From the NCBI RefSeq assembly GCF_009914755.1, contig NC_060931.1: 64,000 bases of DNA; one strand, 5' to 3'. A program made the position numbers and the translations under genes. This document shows, piece by piece, positions 14,671-26,637 of the stretch (position 1 is the first letter of the stretch; each line of letters begins with the position of its first letter). The notes under the pieces were generated by a model that did no database searches, was not told the DNA's origin, and saw nothing but the letters and a program-made list of their open reading frames with translations. This DNA is from the human T2T-CHM13v2.0 reference genome, Homo sapiens.

Positions 14671-17600
14671 AATAATGCTTCAAATTACTAGCTTTGTCAC
14701 TTTGAATAATATGGTTTGTTAAAGAAGAGGTAAGTAAGGTTTTCTCCATTCTGGAGGTAGTCTTGAATCGGCAACTATGAAAAGTTTAAAATTATCAAGG
14801 TGAAATATGATTAGGAAGACACTGTAGAGAACCAGCAAGCCTATATGACATTTGGAATGAAGGGAGTGAAGGAAAGAGAGTGGGAGAAGTTTCTGGAGGT
14901 TCAAAGTTGAGAATGGGAATGCTTGGGCTTAAACAGGAAATTGGCACCAGGTTGTTTGGTAAGGCAAGGGGATTAGGCATAGAACACAGATGGTCAAGGT
15001 GGGTGGAACAACATGGGCAAAGAGAATGAATGGCATTTAGAGCTGCCTATTTTCTCACTCATTTGCCATCTTCAATGGTTCTATGCTAAATATGCTAGGG
15101 TTCTTGAGAGAATGAGAGACAGCCCTTGCCTTAATAGGGTGCACAGGTTGGATGGGGTGGGGCTGGTGTCAAATGGTGAGAAAGGAGGAGCTGAAGTCAC
15201 TATAAGGGGTGATGGGGAGACTTCGAAGACAAGGGAAGAAATATAGCTCCACCTAGAGGGGGCATTTGCCTTGGAAAACCTTTGGTGCCTTCAATTTCCG
15301 ACTCAAGATTTCACCCAAATTCCACAGCTGAAGTACAAGGATTTGCCTTCTTTCCCTTCATGTATATGTTTTCATTAAAGGACACTCTTCTCTTCTGGTA
15401 TAAATTTTCCTGAAAAGGACATCTACAGGGAGTGCCATGTCTTAAAAATTATATTGATTCTAAATAAACTCAGTCTGAATTCTTAAGTTGTCACTTCCAA
15501 TAATTTGTTTCTGCTACGTTATGTGGCAAATGTGAAATGAAAACACGAAGGAATCAGGAGTTCAATTTCCCTTCCAGAATAAACAGCATTAAAGGAACAA
15601 ACAGACATAATGCTTTTGAAATAGACGTTGCGTACCATTTAGCCTTTTGTGAGCTCCACTTTCCTTTTTCTCATAAAAATGTGATCCCTTTGTCATTGGA
15701 ACTGCTTAGGGCAACAATTGTACATATCTTCCTCTAACCTGTGTTGTAGTAATTAGTGTTTTAATGTTCTTACATATATATTGAGTAGATCATTAGCTGC
15801 TTGAAGACATATTTATTTGTCCTGTTTCCCTCATCACACTACCTACCATATAGTATGTCAGTCACTATGCGTAAAAGTCTGGTAGGGATAAAAATAAAAT
15901 AACAAGAAGTCCTTTACTTCAATCTCCTCCTCCAAATAGAATTGTGCCTGAATGATTTCCTTCAGTATTCATTGAAAAAATATTAAAAATGTGAGTCCAG
16001 AGCTCATTAGAGAGAATCTTCCTTCAATTCTCTTCAGATCTGAGAATTTTCCTTGTGAAGGAGTTAAAGCTCAAAGAAGAGTTGTGACAATACTAAAGCA
16101 TTTGGAGAGGAGAGAGGAAGGCGGGAAACTGAAATATTTGGAAATAAATGTACACATTTGGAAGACAAGAAAAAAAAAAGCAAAACAAAACATGAAAAAA
16201 GGAGTGCCCAAAGAAATTAGGAAAACATTAAGACAATAACATATCAAGGAGGTTACAGTATGAGATAATCATAAAATGTTGGGATTAGCAATCTGTGACT
16301 TTTAAAGCATCTTTTCCAGAGATGGGTGAGGGTATAATGGATTTTAATTGAGATCTCCTTTAAATACATTTCTAATAAAGAATTTCACAAGTTCACACCA
16401 CGTACCAAACACAAAGTATTAGATATTGTGAAACCATAGAGATAGACACCATGTTCTATTTCTTAAACATGCTACATTGTCCAGCACAATGTAGTATTAG
16501 GCATCCAACATACGTACAATAAATATTGTTAAATTGGCTGGCCATAGGAGCAAGAAAAATTGTATTGTTGGAGTAGGACCCCGAGACGATGTGATGGACA
16601 TGAGTAACTCCAGCTGCGCCTCTACATTGATGTTGGGAAACTGAGAAGAGAATGAGGTCAACATTGCAGTGATGAAAATGTTGCCTGACCCTTAGGCAGG
16701 GTCTTGAATCAAAAAAAAAAAAAAAAAAAAAAAATGGGGGAAAAATGCCATTGAATCAGTAGAGAGGGCACTGGTGTTGAAAACATCAGCTAGGAAGGTC
16801 CAAGCTTCCAAGAATGCCAACATATGGGCAGGCATTCCTGGTACATCCGTACATAGAGAAATGTATGCCATCATAGCAAGAGGGAATTGGGCAAGACGTT
16901 CTGGGACCTGTTGGGTGGGAAATAGTGGCAACCAAATTAATGGAGAAATGAGAGAAAAGAAGGAGAAATAGGTAAATGTAAAAGCAGGAAGAAAAGGGAG
17001 CAAAGGGTTAGAGACAATGCTATTTGTGTTTTAAAATTATGTTTTAGCTTTTGCTAAGAGCAATTCTTAGAATTAAGAGCCCAATTATCAGTTACTATGA
17101 GTCACTTTTTTCAAGATTAATATACAGCGCTTGATTTTTTGTTACACTATGTGTGAAGTTGAAAAAAATCTAAGACTTCTATTTTTAGAAAACTGGATAT
17201 GATTTTTTTCTGTTTGAGATATCACTTTATCTCAACCCACTCTGAAAAAATGGTTCAATAAATAAAGCCTAGAAAAATGAATTAAATTTTATCCCTAAAA
17301 ATATCTCAAACATGAAGGAGTCATTGTATTCCTTGTCCACCCTGAAGAAATAGAGATTTGTGGTGAATGTGATCTACATAATTAAGTCCACAATATTCCC
17401 ATATTTATAATACCCTCTGACAGTGTTCCATCATAGCTACCCTTTTAAGATACTGTTTTAATTTCTTATTTACTAAATGCCAAAATAGAAAGAAAAAGAG
17501 GTTTGTTATATTTTACAATCTAGAAATATTGTAATGACACCATGAAAACTATGCCGCACACTAGACTGGCTTGAAGTGGATGGAAAAATAGCCCAGTGGG

Positions 17601-19662
17601 TGGAAACTTGAATTGTCCATAAACATCAGAAGGAAAAACAACTTTCCACGAGGCCATGGCCCAAATTCCACTTAAGCCAATTGACTCTGGATGGAAAAAA
17701 GCAAGCCCAGCTCATAAAAAGAAGGTTCATATCTGAGTATCATCTTACTTCGCCTCCCACAGCAGTGACATGACCTTGTGCCAGAAGGAGGCAAAAACTC
17801 TTCGACTATTCATTTAGAACAGAAGCCAGAGCTAAAAACATTCCTCACCCTTATGGAGAAGCCCAACTCAACATCACTAGCAAAGCTATGGAACAAAGGC
17901 CATTGGAGAGCTCCCACTCAGCCTCATGCTCCAGAGAAAAGCACATCTCAAACTGGGCTGAGGTGCACTCAGGTGTGGAGGATGTTTGCACTCATCACAT
18001 TGGGTGGTCTCAGTCTGGACACCTCCTTCCTGAGAGAAGTCAAGAACAACTCCCCATATCATTATGCCGCCATATTAAAAAGCATAATTCTTTAGAGAAC
18101 TGGAATTTGTATTCTGAATTCTGACTTCAGGCCCTCAATCTATTGTTAATTTATCACACCATTTTCAACGAGCCGGGTAAACTCGATTTTGTGGGAAATT
18201 TTTGAATAGTAATTAAAAACACCACATCACAAATAGGAATATGGTCAGAATTCATGTGAGAATGCCATGTAAGTGAGAAAGCAAAAATATCTTCAAAGGA
18301 AAAATAAAATATTTAAAGTTAAAATATTTGATATCTAAGATTGATTTTACTAAAAAAAGTGATTCAACTATCTGGGGATCTTATTTCTCTCTGTTGTTTT
18401 CAACAACTAGGCTTTTATGAAATTTTAAACCAGGCCATTGGCTTGACTGAAATTTTTTTAAAAAATGAAAATGCTCATTAAAAAGAAATGTAGATCTTGT
18501 TATGTGTTGCTATATGTGAAGCCCAAATAAGGCATAAGGAAAATATCAATAAATTAATACGTTTATTAAACCAAATCTCATGATCTCATGGAAAGGGGTC
18601 TAAAAAAACAGAGAATTATATATAATACATATAATACATTAGACTATAAATATAGTTAGGTATACCTTATTACTCTAATTATCTATAATATCTCATTTAA
18701 AGTCAGATAATTAAAAAGTCATGTATCTAATAGTACTTTTATTTATCTCAAGCTCTAGCTTTGAGAACATAATGCATTTGCATCCAGAAGCAAACAGCTG
18801 GAACACAGCACCTAATGCTGTTATATGTGGCTTCAGGTGGGAGTTCCTTATAGTGGCTTTTCACTAAATGCAGAAAAAGATGTCCTAAAGGGAACCAGTG
18901 AGCAGTGGCAGAAAAAAGATCACCTTCTATTTATTTAAAGTACAATTAGAGAACTTAAGGCCCAAGTTTCTTAAAGCACAAAAGAATGGCATTAGAGTTT
19001 TTTTTAAATAATATAATTTTTTAAAATCTCATCTTCTCATTTAAATGAAAAAGTACAAATATTGCCAGTCTGAAATAACTCATGTCCCAAAGGAAGAAAA
19101 AAATATTCATTCTAATTTCCTCTGAATTTAACTGGACTATATTTTTTAAACGACTTGGCCTTTAAAGTGCATAATTTACTTAAAAGGAAACATAATGAAG
19201 ATGGAAAATACAGCTTTATTTTCTGTGTTGGGAGACTTCTCTTTTGTTTCATTGTCATTAACTTTCAATATTTCTACATATCAATGCATTCCCGGATAAT
19301 TAAGGGGCTAAAATGGGCCCTGCTGTTTCATCAATTCCACATTTGCCTAGGATCATAAAATGTTTCATTATGTTATTAGTCCAGAGCTCTTTTTGGTGAT
19401 TTCTAAATCTCCTCCCAGACCCCTCTCTCTAGCACACACACAAGCACATGCACACGCACACACACACATCACCCCTTTCTCAAGCTGCTAAAGCAAAATG
19501 CCTGATAACTCTTAAAATGAGAGATGCTCAAGGACCGCAGCTTTAATATTTTCTCCTCTTAGCACCCCTACCCCTCCTATTTTCTGAATGTGTCCCCAAA
19601 CTTACAAAGCAGCTCTTAACAGACACAAGGGTGAGTTAACACTAGAGTGTATATAAACTGCA

Positions 19663-19698
19663 TGTGTGTGTTCCTGTGTGTGTGTGTGTGTGTGTGTG
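19663..19698. repeat. (TG)n microsatellite ~0.9 kb inside PTN intron 1; (CA)-rich tract at 19433-19468
   Basis: Seen directly. Confidence 0.9.
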
Positions 19699-20589
19699 TT
19701 GTGTCACATTATGTCATGGAGAAAGGGGTGTGTGTGTATGGAGAGGAGAGAGGAGGTTTCACTTTCCATCTATTAAGAAAGGAGTTGAATACATTCCTCT
19801 CAAAAAATGTTTTCTTAACTTATTAGAAACAACAACTCAGAAACTCTAAATATCTAGTAAATTAGTAACAAATATATCCTAAATTTATGTGGGTCAAATT
19901 AAAAGTTTAAGGGTCTATGTACTGGGCAGTTCTTTAAATTTGCATTCAAATGAGAGATGGGACTCCAGGTGTGTCTTCTAAACTTTGGACCTAACCATTT
20001 CTGGAACCATTCCTGGGCTGTCAGGTGGGAAGACGGGTGCCAGTAGTTCCGTGAGAGACGTTTCATGTCAGCTAGCACTGGGAGGAACAAGCCCCCACAG
20101 CTTACCTAGAAATGCCAGCTAAGAGTCATGGGCTGACAGGCTCTGGGGCAATCAGAGAATCAGAGAGAGGCTGGGAAAATGAGAGCTGCTTGTTCAGGCT
20201 GCCTTACTTTCTTTGCACCTACCCAGCCAGAGACACACCTACTAAAGCTCCAGGTTTTACAAAAAGCAAAGATGCACTCTCCAGCCCACCCTGTCTTGCT
20301 CTCCAGCTGGTAGCTGGAACACGGTCCAAATACATGCTTAACATCACAAAAACTTCTTTCCTTTCACTTACCTAAGCACACCCGAACTAACCTAACCTGA
20401 AACCCCAAAAATATGCCTCCCTTGGCCTCTGGAGCAAGTCAGTTTTGAAAGCAGTCCTATCAGCAAAGACACCAGGCAGCCTCTCTCACCCCTACCACCA
20501 TCATCTGCTGGCACCCAGAAAAGTGGCACAGGGTGAAGGCAAACTCGATCGAAGAGCCCTCCGAGAAATCGTACGTTCCTCTCACTTAC

Positions 20590-20884
20590 TTTGAGTTGGA
20601 AACGTCCTCTCTGGCGCTCAGTCTGCCTTTGTTGCAAGGGGCGAGGTTGCTACCGCTGAGTCCAGGTACCCGGCTCGCTGCAGCTCCTGCTTGGGCCGCT
20701 GCTGCTCTCCCCGCCTTCTGGACGGATGACTCACTGGTCTCTTTCTTCCCCTCTCTCCACTTTGGATTTTCCTCTGCTCTGGGGCTCTCTTGGCGGGATT
20801 TTTGGACTGGAAGGCGGGGAACCTGATCCTGCCTTTGACTCAATTACGCCCTGACAGGGAGGGAACGGAAGGGAAATGGAGAAT
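20590..20884 (-). other. PTN: PTN (pleiotrophin) untranslated exon 1 (5'UTR)
   Basis: The reverse complement (ATTCTCCATTTCCCTTCCGTTCCC...GCAGGAGCTGCAGCGAGCCGGGTACC...GAGAGGACGTTTCCAACTCAAA) matches my recollection of the human PTN mRNA 5'UTR. It ends at a consensus donor AAA|GTAAGT (ACTTAC at 20584-20589) and is GC/CpG-richer than its flanks. The 5' end is approximate: Inr-like CCATTCT at ~20884, and longer cDNAs reach ~20950. Confidence 0.93.
20727..20842. promoter_or_regulatory. Two perfect AP-1 sites inside PTN exon 1
   Basis: TGACTCA at 20727-20733 and 20836-20842, with an E2F-like TTGGCGGGA at 20790-20798 between them. Motif matches only. Confidence 0.5.
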
Positions 20885-21150
20885 GGGAGGGATGAGAGGA
20901 GCGGGCCAGGAGGACGAAGGCTGGGCGAGGGAGGGAGAGCGCTTTGCACTCGAGAGCTGATTGGGAAGCTTATTAAAAGCAGAATACTCCAGGGGCAGTC
21001 TCTCCCTGCGGAGCAAGAAAACGGATTTGAACCAAGAGGCCATGAGATGGTACCTTGTTTTGTTTTTAGCAGAGACGAAACACAACATTTCTTTTCCAAA
21101 CTCCACCCATGATCTATTCTTCAGATGAGTGCAAAGCCACTTTGCCAAAT
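20885..21150 (-). promoter_or_regulatory. PTN: PTN proximal promoter with CCAAT box and no canonical TATA
   Basis: ATTGG at 20960-20964 (CCAAT on minus) ~75 bp upstream of the Inr-like site, followed by an AT-rich TTTTAATAAG element (minus) at ~20969-20978; pyrimidine-rich tract around the start. Confidence 0.8.
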
Positions 21151-23028
21151 AGGATATTTTAAATGGACAATTGATGGCATTTTAGGTTACATTTTTGGCC
21201 CCCCACAATCCTTTAATGATATTCAGAATGGAAAAGCACTCTCTTCAAACCAGCCTCTTCTTCCACCCACGAAAGCCCTCTCTAAACACAGAGACAGTAA
21301 GGTGTCAGTCACATCTCACCTGCAAAGCACAAAATGTACAAAGTACTTTTTCTCAATTGTCACAAAGAGTGACAGACGTCTCAAAGTTCCCAATTAAGTG
21401 CTACTTACCTTTAGGGAGAGCTCTTTCCTTTTTTGGTTTCCTTGGTGCCTTTAGCAACCTATTTAGTAACATGCCTTTGACACCCAAGAATTTAGAGGAT
21501 TCGTCAAAGTAGCTCAAACTCTGAGGTTTGTAAAACTTGGAGGCTGGGCTTTGCGTCTCTGGAATTGTCATTTCATTCAATACAGGAAAGACGCTAAGGC
21601 AATGCATAGGTAAATATTTATGATAAAGATGAGATAAAAGTATTGTGTAAAAGGATTAAGATGTATTATACAAATTCACCCAAACATTTTCGAAATGTAA
21701 ATTTCGAGATTTTCTGCCACTTATCAGCTTTTCCTGCTCCGTGGCTAGCTCCTTTTACCTACTTTTACCTTTACTGGTCAGCTTATCATTTGATGGCGTC
21801 CTTCCCAAATTGGTTGTAAAATAGACCACATTTTTCATAATTCTGAGGTTACATCCCTTCATTTCAATTTGACAAATATTTATTAAGCAATTTGTTTACT
21901 TAGAACTATCCTTAAATCCCCAAATTAGAAGCATTGTCTTGTGGCAAGTAGTTTTTAGGGACTTGGGGCTCTTCTATTGACAGCTACCTGTAGAAATGTC
22001 CCTTGGAGAAGTTGACTGGAGCCAGACGTGGCTCTACAAACTCAATCAAGCAGTCAATCAAGCTTTTCAAAAGGAAAGGCATCAGAGATGCACTTACACA
22101 CCTACAATTTATCCCCCTTCCCAAACTCTTCATATACATACCACATACAATTCTCAAATGAAATAACTAAATAAGGAAGCTGTGTTCCTTTCTCCTACAC
22201 ACAGGCTTCAGGTTACCTGTTTTCCTTTTGTGATTCCACTTCTGTGTGAAGCAAGCAGTGCTTGTTTTAATCAGATTTCACCTGTATAAAGTGTGGAGAA
22301 ACGCACATTAGCATTTTTTTTTGGCATTTTTCCCAGTCCCTTTACCAAAAAAGATATCTCAGCATTCTATTAACACTCCATAGGGGCAAAGTTTCTAAGG
22401 CATTGAACAAAGAGCTATCCATTTTCTTTCTGTTCTTCAGCTTTATGTTAACATATACAAATGTAACATACAGCTAGCTACCAGTTAGGTGAACAATGCT
22501 GGCTTGATTGAGGTGTTCTCTATAGGGCTGATAAAGTAAGCATGAGATTCCCATGATTTCTACTCAATTACATATGTTACACCAAAAATATCACCCTTTA
22601 TTCAGATGGGTATATACTAAAATTGTATACATCAGTGATTATCAATTGGGAGCAGTTTTGCCCTCCAGGAAAAGGGAATAATGTCTGGAGATAGTCTTGG
22701 TTGTCGCAACTTGGTGGAAGGGGTTGCTCTGGATCTAGTGGGTAGAAGCCGGGGATGCTGTAAAACATCATACAATGCATAGGACAGCCTTTGTTACCAG
22801 AAAGCGGTCCCGGTCCAGACCCCAAGAGAGGGTTCTTGGATCTCAGTTGCAAGAAAGAATTCAGGGCAAGTTCATAGAGTAAAGTGAAAGCAAGTTAATT
22901 AGAGAGGTAAAGGAATAAAGAATAGCTAGCTACTCCATAGGCAAAGCAGCCCCAGTGGCTTCTGGCTGTCCATCTGTTTGGTCATTTCCTGATTGTATGC
23001 TAAACAAGGGGTAGGTTATTCATGAATT

Positions 23029-23058
23029 TTCCTGGAAAGGGGTTGGCAGCTCCCGGAA
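23029..23058. promoter_or_regulatory. GAS (STAT1) element pair in MER41B: one intact, one with a mismatch
   Basis: TTCCTGGAA at 23029-23037 fits TTCNNNGAA; CTCCCGGAA at 23050-23058 has one mismatch. Confidence 0.7.
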
Positions 23059-23082
23059 CTGAGGGTTCTTCCCCTTTTTAGA

Positions 23083-23102
23083 CCATATATGGTAACTTCC
23101 TG
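23083..23102 (-). promoter_or_regulatory. CArG box plus ETS site (serum-response-element architecture) in MER41B
   Basis: CCATATATGG at 23083-23092 fits CC(A/T)6GG; ACTTCCTG at 23095-23102 (CAGGAAGT on minus) is 2 bp away. Confidence 0.6.
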
Positions 23103-23829
23103 ACACTGCCATGGCATTTGTAAACTGTCCTGTGCTGGTAGGAGTGACTTTTGGCATGCTAATGTGTTATAATTAGCATGTAATGAGCAGTGAGGACGAC
23201 CAGAGATCACTCTCGTGGCCATCTTTGTTTTGGTGGGTTTTGGACGCCTTCTTTACAACAAGCTGTTTTATCAGCAAGTTCCTTATGACCTGTATCTTGT
23301 GGCAATCTCCTATCTCATCCTGTGACTTAGAATGCCTAACTTCCTGGGAATGAAGCCCAGTAGGTCTCAGCCTTATTTTACCCAGCACCTATTCAAGATG
23401 GAGTCGCTCTGGTTTAACCGCCTCTGACACCTCCACAACAAAGAATTATTTGGCCCAAAATGTTAACAGGGCTGAGGTTAAGAAAACCTAATGTTATTCA
23501 CCATGGTATTTTAAAAATGCAAAGACGGATTAAAGAGAGTTTTTTTTTTAATAAATAGAAATTTATGAGATTGAGATTAGTCATAATTTAATTCAATCCA
23601 GCATTTTCATCAAAGTTGAAGTAGAATGTTTTTTAATACACAGTGAAATACTCAGTTTCAAATCCGAACTTCATCCTACGGCATAGTCAGGGGTCTGTTG
23701 ATTCCAGAGTCCAAGTTATTTCATTCATTAGGCTAATATTCTTTAAGCACTTAAGTCTTTAGCTTGATAGAGCTATGAAGAAAAACTGTTGACAGTCCCT
23801 ACTCTCAGATAGCCTATGTTGTTGTTCTT

Positions 23830-24106
23830 TCTTTCTTCTGAGATGGAGTTTCACTCTTGTTGCCCAGGCTGGAGTGCAATGGCGTGATCTCGGCTCACCC
23901 AGGTTCAAGCAATTTTCCTGCTACAGCCTCCTGAGTAGCTGGGATTACAGGCATGCACCACCACACCTGGCTAATTTTGTATTTTTAGTAGAGATGGGGT
24001 TTCTCCATGTTGGTTTGGCTGGTCTCGAACTCCCGACCTCAGGTGATCCACCCACCTCAGCCTCGCAAACTGCTGGGATTACAGGCGTGAGCCACCGCGT
24101 CCGGCC
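23830..24106 (-). mobile_element. AluSp/Sq-like with a small internal deletion
   Basis: GAGTTTCACTCTTGTTGCCCAGG; lacks TGCAACCTCCGCCT near 23898; perfect 16-bp TSD CTATGTTGTTGTTCTT at 23814-23829 and 24107-24122. Confidence 0.93.
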
Positions 24107-24139
24107 CTATGTTGTTGTTCTTAATTAGTCAATTAAAAT

Positions 24140-24600
24140 TCTTTAATAGATGTGATAAGTAACATGAAAAAAATAAGGCAATGATGGAAGATAAAGTGTC
24201 AATGTGGGGGAGAAAAGTCTCCTTGGGATGATATTTGACAGAAGACTTAAAAGAATTGAGGATGCTGGCCAAGTAAATATTTGGGGGAAGAGCCTGTAGG
24301 CAAAGGCATCAACAAAGGCAAAGACTCTGAGGTCTGACCTTGCCCCAAGTTTTTTGGGGAAGAAAAGGAGGTCACCATGGCAGGAACTCAGTGAGAGGCA
24401 TTAAGGGAAGCAATGGGCCAGATCACCTAAGACCTTTGTCCACTGTAAGGAATTTCATTTTTGCTCTGAATGAAGTGGGAAGCCATGAAGAGTGACTAAA
24501 CCTGACTCTGGTTTAAAACGTCCTCTCTGCTATGCTGAATAGAGCACAGGAGGATGAGGGTGGAAGCAGAGAGCCCAGTAGGAGGCTACTGCACTAACCC
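24140..24600 (-). mobile_element. L2 fragment
   Basis: GATATTTGA.AGAAGACTTAAA...CAAAGGCAAAGACTCTGAGG...TGGGAAGCCATGAAGAG...CCAGTAGGAGGCTACTGCA. Confidence 0.7.
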
Positions 24601-26350
24601 ACTCCCCAAAAGTCTTCCCCTTCTTCCTGTTTCTTGTGCAAAATAATTAACTCCAAACTTGCCCTTTAGCACTTTCTCTGCCCACACAAGCTCCTGTCAG
24701 CAGTGACTTTGGCTTGCTAATGTCAGTTCTCAGCCTCTCCAGGTGTAATGAACATGCCCCTTGCATGAGTGTTACCAGGCCAAAATATAACTATGCAAGG
24801 TGATTTGAAATCACAGAAATTATAACATCTCCTAAGGGTATTTTGAAAATGAGGCTGCTGATTTTGCAGTGGCAAATGCAAGGAGAAGTGTGATCAGCAT
24901 GAAGTTTAAAAAGGTGAAGGAACCTGATGAAAAATTTGTCAGCTTGTCTCTTGGATTGCCTACTTGACAGGATGTTTAGAGTCTTGATTACCACTCTAGG
25001 TTCTTTAATATCCCTAGAATGTAAAAGGACAATTCATCAAACTTTCACAGCGTTCTAGAAGCCCCATTAATACATCTCTCTCCCCCTCTCTGAAATATTT
25101 GAAAGGTGATAAAAACAAATCTTTTACTTTGTTTTTTACTGCTGTGACAAGATTACAAATTTTACTTCTATCTTAGATATATTTTATAATAATTATGATA
25201 TTTTATTAAAAAACATAAAGCAAATAAAAATGGCTTAGAAATTTTAGAAATTTATCTCACAAACAACACAAATTGATAAAGTCAATGCTTCCAAGTCTTC
25301 AAGAACTGAAGTCTTTCTATCTTTTGACTCTGCATTTTCAAATTTGCAGCCCAATGCTCTTCAATATGGTTTCAAGGAGCTCCAATCATATTTGGCTTTA
25401 AAGATTTAAAATAGACCCAAATTCTAGTGCAGAATAGGTCAGCTTCTCTAGTCACATAGCCATACAGACTATTTCAGCACGAGGAAGAGGCAAACAGAAT
25501 TTGGGAAGCAAACAATGCCTGCTACAATTTCTCCCTAAAAAGTTATAAATTTTGACTTTATCAGTGTCTTATGCATCTAAGCAGCTTGACTTAAGACCCT
25601 CAATCTTGTAAAGAGAACTTCTAAAATCAAGGTTCTGAAAGAGCAGGTCTTGGACAATGACCTCACTCAGACTTACACAGAAAATTAGATCTGAAATATC
25701 AAAAGAAGTTTGATCACACATTACAAGAAAACAAAATATACAGAGCAAAATATAAAATGAACATAGATGCAAAAGTCTTTAACAAATATCGCATCAATGC
25801 AATTAATGTATAAAAAGTATAATACTGTGCATCATATTAGATATTTATTTCAGGAAAGCAAGTTAGGTTTTACATGTAAAAAATAAAATTCATATTTACA
25901 GATTAAGCAGGGGGAAAAGAGAATACATTAATATATATACGAAAAGCATCTGACAGAATTCAACATCCATTCATAATTTAAAATTCATCAACTTAAGAAT
26001 ATGAATGACTACTCTTGTTCTGATAAGAGATATCCACAGAAAGCTAAAGGATACTTTCCACCTAAAATCAAGAAAAAGCCAAGAATGGCCACTCTTACCA
26101 CTTTTATTCGATATTGCATGAGAAATCTTAGCCAATAAAATAAGTCCAGAAAAAGAAAAAAAATGAGAAGGAGGGGCACAGTTGGCTTTATTTTCAGATA
26201 ACTTGAGTATATACATAGACATTGATCAAAAATGCACAGAAAATCTTCTAGAACTAATTTATGACTCTACATGGATACAAGTTAATATTATAAAGATCAA
26301 TTTTATTTCTATTTCTAACGATGAACAATTATCAAAAGTATGAAATATTT

Positions 26351-26637
26351 GGTGGCTTATGCCTGTAATCCCAGCACTTTGGGAGGCCAAGGTGGGCGGA
26401 TCACGAGATCAAGAGATCGAGACCATCCTGGCCAACATGGTGAAACCCCGTCTGTACTAAAAATACAAAAATTAGCTGGGCGTGGTGGCACCTGCTTATA
26501 GTCCCAGCTATTCGGGAAGCTGAGGCAGGAGAATCGGTTGAACCTGGGAGGCGGAGGTTTCAGTGAGCCGAGATTGTGCCACTGCACTCTAGCCTGGTGA
26601 CAGAGTGAGGCTGTGTCTCAAAAAAAAAAAAAAAAAA
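26351..26637 (+). mobile_element. AluSc-like, slightly 5'-truncated
   Basis: GGATCACGAG.TCAAGAGATCGAGACCATCCTGGCCAAC, GCCTGGTGACAGAG and a poly-A tail. Confidence 0.93.

Larger units (their letters stand above)
22792..23429 (-). mobile_element. MER41B solo LTR (ERV1), same orientation as PTN
   Basis: The minus strand starts TGTCAGAGGCGGTTAAACCAGAGCGACTCCATCTTGAATAGG and ends CTCTTGGGGTCTGGACCGGGACCGCTTTCTGGTAACA. It has the B-type GCTAATTATAA..CATTAGCATG block and the tandem GAS block. 4-bp TSD CCTT/CCTC. Confidence 0.9.
22633..23490 (+). mobile_element. MER20 (hAT-Charlie) split by the MER41B insertion (pieces 22633-22791 and 23430-23490)
   Basis: ...TACAATGCATAGGACAGCC | CCACAACAAAGAATTATTTGGCCCAAAATGT...GAGGTTAAGAAAACC rejoins as the MER20 consensus when the LTR is removed. 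Confidence 0.85.

Noticed and set aside
20533-21148. Several overlapping 78-122 aa ORFs on both strands at the PTN promoter
   Set aside because: Expected in GC-rich DNA with few stops, mostly non-ATG starts and no recognisable protein. Only the frame ending at the splice donor is kept as a hypothesis.
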